Counted from the stretch's first letter, positions 31,610-42,345 are shown. The stretch: 64,000 nt of DNA from Alphaproteobacteria bacterium (GCA_963422645.2 CAXXVO010000008.1:320001-384000); one strand, 5' to 3'. The notes: generated from the sequence alone by a model not told the origin. Program-made: numbers and translations.

Positions 31610-32660
31610 ACCGCTTATGCACATGGCTCCGGTCGCGAGAGTTTGCCACCAGATGTTGAGGTTGAGGTTAGGGCGGGAGAACGGGTAGAATGTTGCCTAT
31701 ACGTTCCTGCCGACGGAGCCACCACATGAAACAGGTCGCCGACAGCCTCCTCGCCTTCCAGCACATGTTCCCGGACGATGACGCCTGCGCCGCCTGGCTG
31801 ATCGAAATGCGCTGGCCGGACGGCTTCGTCTGTCCCGCGTGCGGCCATGAAAAGGGATGGGCGCTGCGCAGAAAAGCACACACCTTCGAGTGCGCCGGCT
31901 GCCGCCGGCAGACCTCGGTGACGGCCGGGACGATCCTGCACGCCAGCAAGCTGCCGCTCACCGTCTGGTTCTGGGCCGCCTACCTGATGGCGACCCACTC
32001 CAACGGCATCTCTGCCCTGCAGCTCCAGAAACAGCTCGGTATCGGCTCTTACCGCAGCGCTTGGCTGCTCGCCCACAAGCTGCGCGCCAGCATGGTCGAC
32101 CCCGAGCGCAACCCGTTGTCGGGCCTGGTGGAAATCGACGAGGCCAGCCTTCCATTCCGGACCAAAGACGATCCTCCCACCGGAGGGCAAGGACGCAGCC
32201 ACGACGGCAAGATGCTCATCGTCGGCGCCATCGAACTGGGGGATGGAACCATCCCGGGCCGCCTGCGGCTGGCCGAAATCTCCTCCTACGGCGCCGCCGA
32301 CCTCGGACACTTCGTCGAAACCGCCGCCGATCCCGACGCCATCGCGAAAACCGACGGCTGGTCCGGCTACGCTGCGGTCCCCGCCGATCGCCACAATGTC
32401 CATGTCGTCGGGAAGACCGCCGCTCACCTCGTCCTGCCGTGGATCCACCAAGTCTTCTCCAACCTCAAAGGATGGGCGCGAGGCGTCTACCACGGGCTGC
32501 GCCGCAAGCATCTGCAGGCCTATCTCGATGAGTTCGCCTTTCGCTTCAACCGCCGCAAAACCCGCCACGCTGCTTTCCGCTCGCTCTTCCGCATCGCCAC
32601 CAATGCAAAACCCCTTACCTACAGCATGTTGATCGAACCGGAGCCATGTGCATAAGCGGT
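31610..32660 (+). mobile_element. IS1595-family element (1051 bp)
   Basis: 24-bp perfect IR ACCGCTTATGCACATGGCTCCGGT; 8-bp TSD TCGGGCGA (31602-09 and 32661-68). Confidence 0.95.
31726..32655 (+). CDS. IS1595 transposase (Zn ribbon + ISXO2-like domain)
   Basis: RWPDGFVCPAC, VEIDE, KTDGW..Y, NLKGW..GVYHG, YLDEF.FRFNRR. Confidence 0.93.
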   Translation: MKQVADSLLAFQHMFPDDDACAAWLIEMRWPDGFVCPACGHEKGWALRRKAHTFECAGCRRQTSVTAGTILHASKLPLTVWFWAAYLMATHSNGISALQLQKQLGIGSYRSAWLLAHKLRASMVDPERNPLSGLVEIDEASLPFRTKDDPPTGGQGRSHDGKMLIVGAIELGDGTIPGRLRLAEISSYGAADLGHFVETAADPDAIAKTDGWSGYAAVPADRHNVHVVGKTAAHLVLPWIHQVFSNLKGWARGVYHGLRRKHLQAYLDEFAFRFNRRKTRHAAFRSLFRIATNAKPLTYSMLIEPEPCA

Positions 32661-33308
32661 TCGGGCGATTAAAATCCATCCCTACTGCGTGTTCGATGAC
32701 GATATGCGTTTGATCAACGCGCTCGTCGAAGAATTCGCGGGATGGGATGTCGATTGGAGCCTGGACGTGGACGGAATGTACTCGGTCGACCAATCGCTTT
32801 GTATGGGAAAAATCCTGGATGAAGCGGGTTGGAACTTCTTCGAGGCACCGCTTCCCGACGGCGATTTGGATGGATACAAGACGCTGGCGGACGCGCTCCA
32901 GCTCGATGTGATCTGCGGCGGAAACAGTCTCCCTAACCAGCATCTGATAGAGTTCGCGTTGAAGATAGGTGCGTGGGATCGAAGCCGTTTCGACGTGACC
33001 GGTATCGGCGGCTTCAGCGGTGCCGGCGAGGTCGTGGCGGCCACGCGCGCCCACGCTAAGACCTGCGAAGTGCAGAGCTGGGGCTACACGCTGACGCAGG
33101 CGGCGAACCTGCACCACATGCTCACGCATTCGATCTGCGACTACTTCGAACAGGCGACTCCGGCAGAAAAATACGAATTCGGCGCGAGACAGGCCATTCG
33201 CCCGGACACAGACGGCCTCGTCCGCCCGAGCGATCTGCCTGGACTGGGGGTCGAGATGGACTGGGAGCGGATCGAGCCCTTCGTCTACGCCCGGCGAGTC
33301 TTCTCGAC

Positions 33309-34466
33309 ATGACCGTGACGATCGAGCGGGTGGAGGTCCTCTGCCTGCAGGATCCGCAAGCTGCCTATTACCGCTTCGAGGGCAGCTATCGGAACGTCGT
33401 CGTGCTGGTGCATGGCGACAACGGGCTCGTGGGCATTGGCGAGAGCGACGCGCCGCCCGAGATCGTCAAGGCCGCGATCGAGATGGCGCCCTACAACCAC
33501 CTGGCGGAGGGGCTCGCTGGCATCGTCACCGGGCGGGCGGTGGACGATCCGCGCCGCCTGTGGGACCAGATGTATGCGCGCACTCAGTGGCATGGCCGGC
33601 GCGGCGCGACGCTTCACGCGATCAGCGCGCTCGATATTGCCGTCTGGGACCTGTTCGCGCAGTCAAGGAGCATACCGGTCTGCGAGGCGCTTGGCGGCTC
33701 TCATCACGACCGTCTCCCTGCCTACGCGACCATCTATCCCCTCGAAGACACGCCCACGCGCATCGACGCACAAGTCGTGCCGCTGCTGGGGCGGGGTTTC
33801 CGCCACCTCAAGATCTGCGTCGAGCCGTGGTGGAGCGAGCCGGACCGAGTGCGGCGAAACCTGTCTCACCTGCGCGACCTGGTGGGGTCGGAGCGCAGCC
33901 TGATGCTCGACGTCACTCAGGAGTTCACGTGCCTCGATCAACTGGCGCCTTTCCTCGAGCTGCTGGCGGAATTGGACTTCGCCTGGATCGAGGCGCCCTT
34001 CCCGCTCGATGAGGTAGAGGAGCACGCGCGGCTGCGCGCCACGACGCGCATCCCTATCGGCGTCGGTGATTTAGGACTCACCACCTGCAAGGAGTTCGAG
34101 CCCTTCCTCGCGGCCGATGCCTTCGACGTCGCACAGCCAGATCTCAGCATGTTCGGCGGCTTCACCGAGGCGCTGCGCCTCGCGCAGATGTTGGAAAACA
34201 CCGGCCGGCGGATCGTCCCCCACGCCTACAACACTGACATCACGATCGCGGCCAATCTTCACTTCCTGTCCACGCAGCCGGAGATAGAAATTGTCGAGTA
34301 TTCGACAAGCCCGTCGCGCCTGCGGCAGGGTCTGGTACGAGGCCTCGCGCCGATCGACGCCGATGGGATGATCGCGGTCCCCACCGCCCCCGGACTCGGC
34401 GTCACGCTGAACGACGATGCGGTCGCGGAGTTCGGGCTCAGTCGCGCCGCTGAAGCATGCCGTTGA
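33309..34466 (+). CDS. Mandelate racemase/MLE family enolase-superfamily enzyme
   Basis: G.GES, ISALDIAVWDL, HLKI, LMLD, WIEAP, QPDL...GGFTE, PHA, VEY. Confidence 0.88.
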   Translation: MTVTIERVEVLCLQDPQAAYYRFEGSYRNVVVLVHGDNGLVGIGESDAPPEIVKAAIEMAPYNHLAEGLAGIVTGRAVDDPRRLWDQMYARTQWHGRRGATLHAISALDIAVWDLFAQSRSIPVCEALGGSHHDRLPAYATIYPLEDTPTRIDAQVVPLLGRGFRHLKICVEPWWSEPDRVRRNLSHLRDLVGSERSLMLDVTQEFTCLDQLAPFLELLAELDFAWIEAPFPLDEVEEHARLRATTRIPIGVGDLGLTTCKEFEPFLAADAFDVAQPDLSMFGGFTEALRLAQMLENTGRRIVPHAYNTDITIAANLHFLSTQPEIEIVEYSTSPSRLRQGLVRGLAPIDADGMIAVPTAPGLGVTLNDDAVAEFGLSRAAEACR

Positions 34467-35235
34467 TGGTGAGCCCCACCGCCAGGATGATCCCGCCCAG
34501 CACCACCGTAATCAACCCGACTGCTGGCACCATGGGCGTGTAGCCGCCGATCATCTTGCCGTAGAGCCATTCGGGCACGGTGACATCGGCCCCGCTGGTG
34601 AAATAGGCGAGCGGGAAGTTGCCCCACGAGAGCAGCACCGCAAACAGAAATCCGGCGAAGATGCCGGGCCCGAGCAGGGGCAGCGTAATGGTTCGGAAAA
34701 TCTGCCAGCGCGAGGCGCCGAGGTCGTAGGCCGCCTCTTCCACCGCCGAATCGTAGCCATAGGCCTGGATCGCGATCACCAGTGTCACGATCGGCACGAT
34801 CCAGACGAGCTGGGCGAACACCGTCGACTGCCAGGACATCTGGATGCCGAAGGAGTTGAACCAGAGCTGCAGCGCGAGCCCCAGCACCGCCTGTGGGAAA
34901 AAGATCGGGATCAGCAGTACCTGCTGAAAGAGCCTGCGCCCTCGCCAGTCGTAGCGGGCGTAGGCGAGCGCACCGAAGAAGGCCAGGATTACCGAGATCA
35001 GCGCCACGCAGACGGCGATCGTCAGCGACGTGAGAAAGCTCTCGTGCACCTGCAGCGAATCCCACGTCATCTCGTACCACTTCGACGAGGTTCGCCGCAT
35101 GGGGAAGAGGAAGAAGCGCGACTTGGAGATCGACGCCAGCCCGACGATCACCATCGGGATGTACATGATCACCAGGATGACGGCGATGTAAGCAGCCAGC
35201 AGTCGGCGGGTGAGCAGCCTGTCGATGGTGCCCAC
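34438..35235 (-). CDS. ABC transporter permease (PotC-like)
   Basis: EEAAYDLGASRWQIFRTITLP EAA motif; six TM segments. Confidence 0.9.
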   Translation of the reverse strand: MGTIDRLLTRRLLAAYIAVILVIMYIPMVIVGLASISKSRFFLFPMRRTSSKWYEMTWDSLQVHESFLTSLTIAVCVALISVILAFFGALAYARYDWRGRRLFQQVLLIPIFFPQAVLGLALQLWFNSFGIQMSWQSTVFAQLVWIVPIVTLVIAIQAYGYDSAVEEAAYDLGASRWQIFRTITLPLLGPGIFAGFLFAVLLSWGNFPLAYFTSGADVTVPEWLYGKMIGGYTPMVPAVGLITVVLGGIILAVGLTINGMLQRRD

Positions 35236-35238
35236 GGC

Positions 35239-36147
35239 CTAGCGTCTTCCCAGCATGCGGTCGAGGTTCACCCGCCGCATCGCGAGCCACACGGCGGACC
35301 CCGCCAGCACGATCATCAGCACCGATAGCGCGGAGCCGCGCGGCCAGTTCTGCCCGAAGGTAAATGCGGATTCGATGTCCTGCGCGACGGTGACGATGAC
35401 GCCCTTGCCGAGGAACTTGGCCTCGTTAAAGGCGCCGAGCGAGATCACGAAGCAGAGCAGCGAGCCAATCAGGATTCCAGGCATCGCCAGCGGCAGCTCG
35501 ATGTCCCGAAAAACCCGCCAGCGCGATCCGCCCAGGTCGTAGGCCGCCTCGCGCGCCTCCCTGGGCACATTGCTGAGCCCCAGCAGGATGGGGAACAGCA
35601 TAAAGGGCAGGTAGATGTAGCAAATGCCGAAGACGATGGCCGGCACGTTGTTGACCAGACTCCCGGTCTCCAGACCCGTCACCACCTTGAGCGCACCGTC
35701 GAGGAAGCCGCTCTTGTCGAAGAAGAGCACCCAGCCCTGCAGCCGAATGTTCTCGGCGACGAAAAGTGGCGCCACGATCAGGAGAGTGAGCAGGTGCGCC
35801 CGGCGCCCCTTGATTCGCCTCAACGCGACCGCCAGCGGATAGCAGACGACGAGCAGGATCACGACGCTGATGAACGCAAGGAAGAGCGACCAGACGAAGG
35901 AGATGTAGAAGTCCTGCTCGACGATATCGATGTAGTTCTCGAGCGACAGCGGACCCGGTATGGAGAAGCTGCCGCGCTCCATGAAGCTGTAGATCAGCAC
36001 CAGTGCCATCGGTCCGATGAAGCCGATGAACAGAAGGATGATGATCGGCAGTGCCGCGACGAAACCTTCGGAAAGCTTCCACGGCAGAATCCTGCGCCAG
36101 GGGCGCTCCGGCTCTTCCGTCAGAGACTCGATCACCGCCTCGGTCAT
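35239..36147 (-). CDS. ABC transporter permease (PotB-like)
   Basis: Y.YLPFMLFP, EAAYDLGG, NWP.GSA. Confidence 0.9.
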   Translation of the reverse strand: MTEAVIESLTEEPERPWRRILPWKLSEGFVAALPIIILLFIGFIGPMALVLIYSFMERGSFSIPGPLSLENYIDIVEQDFYISFVWSLFLAFISVVILLVVCYPLAVALRRIKGRRAHLLTLLIVAPLFVAENIRLQGWVLFFDKSGFLDGALKVVTGLETGSLVNNVPAIVFGICYIYLPFMLFPILLGLSNVPREAREAAYDLGGSRWRVFRDIELPLAMPGILIGSLLCFVISLGAFNEAKFLGKGVIVTVAQDIESAFTFGQNWPRGSALSVLMIVLAGSAVWLAMRRVNLDRMLGRR

Positions 36148-37220
36148 TCCGGAAAGACCATCGAATCGCCCGGCTGCCACGAGAGCGTCACCTCCGCGCC
36201 CGGCAGGCGGGCGACGGCATCGGCGCGCAACTCCTCGATGAGGAACACCATCGCGCCGCTTCTCACTTGGTATTGGATGCGGGAGCCGAGCAAATATTCG
36301 TTGAAGAGCTCGCCCCGGACCAGGTTTCCGCCAGCCGCCGGCGGGGCATCGTCGGAAATTGCGACGTTCTCCGGCCGGACGATCAGGACGCCACGGCTGA
36401 AGCCGCGCGGCATTCCGGCGGGCGGATCGAAGCTGGCTTCGAGCGCCTCGCAGTGGAGTTTTCCGTCATCGGCGAGACGCACAGGGAGCGAGTTCACCTC
36501 GCCCATGAATTCGGTGACGAAGCGGTTCTCGGGCCTCGTGTAAATCGTCGCGGGGCTTCCAACCTGGGAGAGCTTGCCCTCGCGCATCACGCCGATGCGG
36601 TCGGACATCACCATCGCCTCCTCGAGGCTGTGGGTGATGTAGACGAAGGTCTTGCCCGTCTCGCGCTGGATATCCTTGAGCTCCTTCTCCAGCGTCTTGC
36701 GGAGCCGGTAATCGATGGCGGAGAGCGGTTCGTCGAAGAACAAGATCTCAGGATTGAAGGCCAAGGCTCTGGCCAGCGCCACGCGCTGGCGCTCGCCGCC
36801 CGAGCACTGCGTGACCGCCTTGTCGTAGTAGCTCTGCGGCAGGTGAGAGAGCTTCAGGCACTCGGCGGCACGCTCCCGTCGCTCCTTCCTTCCGATACCC
36901 TTGCACTTGGCCGAATACTCGACGTTCTCGCCGACGCTCATATGGGGGAAGAGCGCCAGAGACTGGAACACCATGCAGGTCGGGCGTTTGTTGGCGGGCA
37001 CTTCGTTGATCCGCTTGCCCCTGAGCAGGATGTCGCCGGAGGTCGGCTTGTCCATGCCGACCAGCAGGCGGATGAGCGTCGTCTTGCCCGAGCCCGAGGG
37101 GCCGACGATGGTGAAGAGCTCGCCCTCCACGATGTCGAGGCTCACGCCGTCGACCGCGTTCAGGCTGCCGAAGCTCTTGACGATGTCCCTGAGTTGCAAG
37201 ATGGGCGTGGCTGCGGCCAT
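36144..37220 (-). CDS. ABC transporter ATP-binding protein (PotA-like)
   Basis: GPSGSGKTT, SGGERQRVALAR, DEPLSA, C-terminal TOBE-like region. Confidence 0.93.
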   Translation of the reverse strand: MAAATPILQLRDIVKSFGSLNAVDGVSLDIVEGELFTIVGPSGSGKTTLIRLLVGMDKPTSGDILLRGKRINEVPANKRPTCMVFQSLALFPHMSVGENVEYSAKCKGIGRKERRERAAECLKLSHLPQSYYDKAVTQCSGGERQRVALARALAFNPEILFFDEPLSAIDYRLRKTLEKELKDIQRETGKTFVYITHSLEEAMVMSDRIGVMREGKLSQVGSPATIYTRPENRFVTEFMGEVNSLPVRLADDGKLHCEALEASFDPPAGMPRGFSRGVLIVRPENVAISDDAPPAAGGNLVRGELFNEYLLGSRIQYQVRSGAMVFLIEELRADAVARLPGAEVTLSWQPGDSMVFPE

Positions 37221-37290
37221 CGCGCCTTGTGCTCCCGGTATGCACGAGCGCCGGAGCGGGCGGCGGGCCACCCACTCCGGCTGGTAGGGA

Positions 37291-38580
37291 TCAGGCGCCG
37301 CGCGCGCGCTTCGCCTGGGTGTAGAGGTCGTGCATCGCGTCGTAGTCGGGGTTGATGTCGAAATCGATGCAGCGATCGACCAGCGAGGCCAGCCAGCTGC
37401 CCTCTTCGCCCCAATGCACGGCTTCGAGCTCGTCCTGGGAGAACTGGCTCAACACCTCAGGAGCGCCCATCTGCACCACCGGGTTCAGCGTGCCCGGCGC
37501 CCTGGCTGCCACCTTGTAGGAGGCTTCCGCCGTGTGGCAATAGATCAGGAACGCCTCTGCGAGCGGCGTCGGGTCTGGGTTGTTGACTAGTGAGGTGATC
37601 TCGATCCAGATAATCCCGGCCTGACCGTTGGGCCGCTCGGCGGTCTTGGTTTCCTCCGGGCCTTCCGCCGGCACGACGTTCACGAGCTGGGTCTCGCCTT
37701 CAAGTCTGGCGGCAGAGACGGTGTAGACCGAGCCGGGGAAGGTCCCCATGATCTCGCCGGTGATCATGTCGCGGGCCAGCGCCGCCTGGTCGTCCGAGAC
37801 CTTCTTGGCGTTCTCGAAGATCTTGAAGATGGTCTCTTCGAACTTCGCCATCTCGTCGGCGGTGTGCTGGCGGAAGGGGATGAAGCCCGACGCCAGGCAC
37901 GCATGCATGATCACCCAATTCTCGTAGTCGAGAATGCCGTACTGGCCCTTGGCGCCCTCGATCATCTCCGCATAGCCGCCGCTCTCGATGGTCGCCGGGT
38001 CGACAGCGTCGGAACTGACCGCCATGGCCGAAGGGCCGTAGCGCTGCAGCATTCCCAGCAGATGATCGCCGCTCTCGTCGAGCGCCCAGTGATAAGGCCA
38101 CTCGAAGCTCGTCACGTTCATGTCGTAGAGTGGCGCGAACTTGTCCTTGTTCAGCGGCGTGATCAGCCCCTCGGGGAAGAGCTGCTTGCGCTGCCAGGCA
38201 TTGTTGAGGTTAATCACGTCCCAGGTGGACGTGCCGCCGCCGCGCAGGTTGTTCACCGCCGCGGGGTCCGAGATCAGCATCTGCGGGTTGACGTTGGCGC
38301 CGGTCTGGCGGCTGAAGGGGTCGAGCACCGGCTCTTCGGTGTAGCCTTCCCACGAGTGCAGGTTGAGGTCCATGCGGATATCGCTCATGCCGGCGAGCTC
38401 GGCCTTGGTCTTTTCCCAAAGCTCGTCCGCATAGGCCGCGCCGGCTGCCGCGTTCGCGCTGCTCGATCCTGCGCCGAGAACCGCCGGCGCCACGCCGACC
38501 GCTGCAGCCAGCGCCGCCGACTGCTTGAGGAATTGTCGGCGCGAAGAGCTGAAGCTTCGGTAAATGTTACCACCGTACAT
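37291..38580 (-). CDS. Tat-exported ABC substrate-binding protein (PotD-like)
   Basis: SRRQFLK twin-arginine signal; LHSWEGY, F...TG; first gene of the ABC operon. Confidence 0.85.
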   Translation of the reverse strand: MYGGNIYRSFSSSRRQFLKQSAALAAAVGVAPAVLGAGSSSANAAAGAAYADELWEKTKAELAGMSDIRMDLNLHSWEGYTEEPVLDPFSRQTGANVNPQMLISDPAAVNNLRGGGTSTWDVINLNNAWQRKQLFPEGLITPLNKDKFAPLYDMNVTSFEWPYHWALDESGDHLLGMLQRYGPSAMAVSSDAVDPATIESGGYAEMIEGAKGQYGILDYENWVIMHACLASGFIPFRQHTADEMAKFEETIFKIFENAKKVSDDQAALARDMITGEIMGTFPGSVYTVSAARLEGETQLVNVVPAEGPEETKTAERPNGQAGIIWIEITSLVNNPDPTPLAEAFLIYCHTAEASYKVAARAPGTLNPVVQMGAPEVLSQFSQDELEAVHWGEEGSWLASLVDRCIDFDINPDYDAMHDLYTQAKRARGA

Positions 38581-38867
38581 GTTGTCCTCCCGGATTGCCG
38601 TTTCGTCTCACGCAATGTAGTCCGTACACATGCTAATTGATGCTAGGAGCTGTCTCTAGTGCGTCCGAGCAGGATATCGAAACGAACACGCCACCGACTC
38701 CCGGGCACAGGCCGACTTCGGCGCCCCGAGGCGCCCAGACGGACGCCGTCGGTCGACGTCGCGATCCCGACAATTTGTTGCGGATTCGCAGTAGTGGCGA
38801 CGGTCCGCGCCACGGTATCCTGATCTGGCGGCGGGAGCGGCCGCAGGCTGATGTGGAGAACACAGCC

Positions 38868-40070
38868 ATGACTGACCACTGGTGGGAGAGCACGGCGAGT
38901 GTGCGCGCCACTCTCGCCAATGTCATGCGCCCCATCGAAGAATGGGCAAGCGGGCTGCCGAACGAGGCCTATACATCCGACGCCTTCGCCGAGTGGGAAC
39001 AGGATGTACTCTTGGCCAGCACCTGGGCCTGCATCGGCACTGGCAGGCGCGTTCCGGAGGTGGGCGATGCGATGCCGCTCGAATTCACCGGCCTGCCGCT
39101 CTTCATGCTGCGCGGGCGCGACGGCGAGGTTCGCGTCTTCCACAACGTGTGCAGCCACCGCGGCATGATGCTGATGGAGAAGCCCACGCGGACGCACGGC
39201 GCGATCCGCTGCCCCTACCATTCCTGGACCTACAACCTCGACGGCTCGCTTCGCTCGACGCCCATGATCGGCGGAACCGACATCAATACGTGCGAAGGGT
39301 TCGAGGGGGCGAAGCATGGTCTGAAGCCGGTGCGGACGGCCACGTGGTTCGACGCCATATTCGTCAACTTGAGCAGCGATGCGCCGCCCTTTGAGTCCTT
39401 CATCGCGCCGGTGGCCAAGCGCTGGAAGGATTTTGACGGCGCCGACCTGCATTATGAGAAGAGCGACTCGTCCTTCACGCTGGATGTCGCCTGCAACTGG
39501 AAGCTCGCAGTGGAGAACTTCTGCGAGGCTTATCACCTGCCCTGGATCCACCCCAGCCTCAACAGCTACTCGCGGCTCGAGGACCACTACCAGATCGCAG
39601 AAGAGGAGCACGGCTACGCCGGCCAGGGCAGCACCGCCTACCGGCCGCAGCTCGCCGGAAACGGCAACGGCTTTCCGACCATGCCGGGCCTGCCCGCGCG
39701 CTGGCATGGGACGGCAGAATATGTCGCGCTGTTCCCGACTGCGTTGTTTGGCGTCCACGCCGACCATTGCTTCGTCGGCACGCTGATGCCGGCGGGCAAC
39801 GCGCGAACCATCGAGCATCTCGACATCTACTACTTCGCCGACGAGGCCGTGGGCGAGGGCTGCGCCGAGCTCAGAGAGGCCAACACGCGACAGTGGCGCG
39901 GTATCTTCGAGGAGGACCGCTTCGTCGTCGAAGGGATGCAGCGCGGCCGGGCCTCACCGGCCTACAAGGGCGGCGTGCTCTCGCCGGCGCTGGAGCGCAC
40001 CACCCACTGCTTCTACCGCTGGGTGGCGCGGAAGATGCTGGAGGCGAACGGGACTGAAAGCGCCGCGTGA
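38868..40070 (+). CDS. Rieske non-heme iron oxygenase alpha subunit (choline monooxygenase/betaine demethylase-like)
   Basis: NVCSHRG...CPYHSW Rieske motif; NWKL.VENF.E.YH...IH; ED...VEGMQRG. Confidence 0.9.
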   Translation: MTDHWWESTASVRATLANVMRPIEEWASGLPNEAYTSDAFAEWEQDVLLASTWACIGTGRRVPEVGDAMPLEFTGLPLFMLRGRDGEVRVFHNVCSHRGMMLMEKPTRTHGAIRCPYHSWTYNLDGSLRSTPMIGGTDINTCEGFEGAKHGLKPVRTATWFDAIFVNLSSDAPPFESFIAPVAKRWKDFDGADLHYEKSDSSFTLDVACNWKLAVENFCEAYHLPWIHPSLNSYSRLEDHYQIAEEEHGYAGQGSTAYRPQLAGNGNGFPTMPGLPARWHGTAEYVALFPTALFGVHADHCFVGTLMPAGNARTIEHLDIYYFADEAVGEGCAELREANTRQWRGIFEEDRFVVEGMQRGRASPAYKGGVLSPALERTTHCFYRWVARKMLEANGTESAA

Positions 40071-40298
40071 GCTATCGGACTCCTGACTATCCCTTCCTAT
40101 TGCCAGCTCCAACTTCCTAGAGGGGGCGACTTCGACTTGCATTCCTTTCCCTTGTTCGTATAGTCGCTTTACGACACCTTCCACGATCCACTAAGAACGC
40201 GTGTTTCACTGACTCAGTTTGACGGACATTTTCCCGCCTACCCGCCAATCCTGACCAGTTCCCTACTCCTGACGTTCGTGAATCGTGTAGGATGCTCT

Positions 40299-40456
40299 AT
40301 GGATTTTCCATCCTTAATCAGATCGTGGACATTTTGGATAATCCTAGGGGCGCTTCTCCTTTTACTTGGCGCCAGTGTTGCATATCTACAGTATTGGGAT
40401 TGGCTTTCCGAAGGTGAATCCAGAAGTGATGTAGTCCGTAATATCATTCTTGCGAT
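40299..40456 (+). pseudogene. Low-GC membrane protein 5' fragment truncated by IS-A copy 2
   Basis: TM segment + WDWLSEGESRSDVVRNIIL, ending at the IR at 40457. Confidence 0.6.
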
Positions 40457-42345
40457 GTAACTGCCCAGGTCGTCTGATTTGTCATTTTGGGCCAGTGGAT
40501 TGATGCGTTTCTCGTTCGGAGTTGGTGGAAAGGGCTTGACGGGAATTTCGGGAAATGACTCAACAACGACATGAGCAATCCCGAGTCGCCGCGCGGCCCT
40601 TCGACGGGAGCAGCGCCCGAAACGCCCGCGCAGAAGATCGCCCGCCTGGAGGAGGAGAACGCCCGGCTTCGGGAGGAAAATGCCTGGCTTCGGCAGCAGA
40701 ACGCGCGGCTGGAAGAGCAAGTCGCGCGTCTCGTCGAGCGCATCGAGGAGTTGGAGCGCCGTCTCGGCCTCAACAGCGGCAACAGCGGCAAGCCGCCTTC
40801 GAGCGATGGGCTGAGGAAGCCGAATTCGAAGCGGCGAACCCGAAGCCTGCGCGGCAAATCGGGCCGCAAGCCCGGTGGCCAGCCCGGCCACAAGGGCAAG
40901 ACGCTGCGCCGCGCCGATCACCCGGATCGGGTGAAGGATCACGTCCCGGCTTCCTGCAAGGGATGCGGTTCGCCGCTTTCGGACGCGGCCAGGGCGGGAA
41001 CGCCCGTCGCCCGCCAGGTGTTCGATCTGCCCGAGCCGAGCCCCCTGGAGGTGACCGAGCACCGGGCGCATGCCAAGTGCTGCGGGCATTGCGGGACGGT
41101 GACCCGGGCGGCGTTCCCCGACGGGGTGTCGGCGCCGGTGCAGTACGGCCCGCGCATTGCCGGGGTGGCGGTCTACCTTCAGCACGCTCACTTCCTGCCG
41201 GAGGATCGGCTGTCGCAGGTGATGGCCGAGCTCTTCGGCGCGCCGGTGACGGCTGCGACGTTGGCGACGATGAGCGAGAGGGCGGCCGAGCGGCTTGCGG
41301 GACGCGGCCTTGCACATACAGGACCTGGCGGCGGGCACGGCGCGGGTGAAACACATGGACGAGACCGGCTTGCGGATCGGCGGTCAGACGCAGTGGCTTC
41401 ATGTGATCTGCACGCCGCTGCTGGCGGCGTACCGGGTCAGCGGCAAGCGCGGCGCCCTGCTCTCGGGTGTCTCCGGCATCGTCGTGCACGATCACTGGAA
41501 GCCGTACTTCGCGATGGAAGGGGTGGAGCACGGCCTGTGCAACGCCCATCACCTGCGGGAGTTGCAGGCGCTGGTGGACATCGAAGGGGAGGCTTGGGCC
41601 CGGCGGATGCAGCAGCTCCTGCGCCGAGCCAATCGCGCCGCCCGCATCGCGCTGGACAAGGATATCGCCGTTCCGGCGAGGCTTGTGGCGCTGATCGAGC
41701 GCCGATACGACGAGATCATCGCCGATGCGCTGGCCTTTCACGAGAGCCAACCACCGTTCTCGCCTGGCAAGAGGAAGAAGCGCCGGAAGCGAAGGATCGG
41801 TCACAATCTGGCCTTGAGGCTGCGCGACCACAAATGCGCGGTGCTCCGGTTCCTGATCGACCTCGAGGTCGGGTTCACGAACAACGAGGCCGAGCGCGAC
41901 CTTCGGATGATGAAGCTGCGCCAGAAGATCTCCGGGGGCTTCCGGTCCGCGCAGGGGGCCGAGAACTTCGCCATCCTGCGCAGCGTCATCACCACCGCCA
42001 GAAAGCAGGGCTGGAATATCATCGAAGCCCTGACCAGCCCATCGGATCGGCTCATCGCCACCGTCAAGTGCGCGTAAGCTCACCTGGCACGGGTTCTCCA
42101 ACAGCGGAGCCATTCTCATAAACGATCATGGTCGACGCCGTGCTGGACCACCCCATAGAATGAAAATCGGTGCCCGTCGCGCGGGCGGACTTCGGGCCAC
42201 ATCGGGGTAGCTTACCGGTCGCAGTCCGCAAGAGGGGCATCGTGAGCTGTGAAACCCGGCGACCACAGAGGAGCACACGGGCGTCGCGTGGGTAGCGTTG
42301 TGCCGAATCCCAGAGAATTTTCACAGCAAGAACCTGGGCAGTTAC
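40457..42345 (+). mobile_element. IS-A copy 2 (both ends intact, frameshifted transposase)
   Basis: GTAACTGCCCAGGT...ACCTGGGCAGTTAC, 1889 bp; flanks CTTGCGAT/CATTTGTT do not match. Confidence 0.96.
40571..42077 (+). pseudogene. IS66 transposase with +1 frameshift
   Basis: Extra T at 41295-96 (CGGCTTGCGG versus CGGCTGCGG in other copies). Confidence 0.9.

Larger units (their letters stand above)
31129..33312 (+). pseudogene. Mandelate racemase/MLE (enolase superfamily) gene split by IS1595
   Basis: Removing the IS and one TSD copy restores a 374-aa frame: ...LGYRAIKIHPYCVFDDD...; FDIALHD.KAK...P.Y.MLG, FEAP. Confidence 0.9.

Noticed and set aside
40075-40200. Short low-GC minus-strand ORF (MEGVVKRLYEQ...)
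   Set aside because: No recognisable family and it overlaps the Rieske gene end; at most a remnant.
41280-41310. Two-ORF IS-A transposase as a programmed ribosomal frameshift
   Set aside because: No slippery heptamer at the site, and copies 1, 3 and 4 read straight through; it is a single-base insertion.
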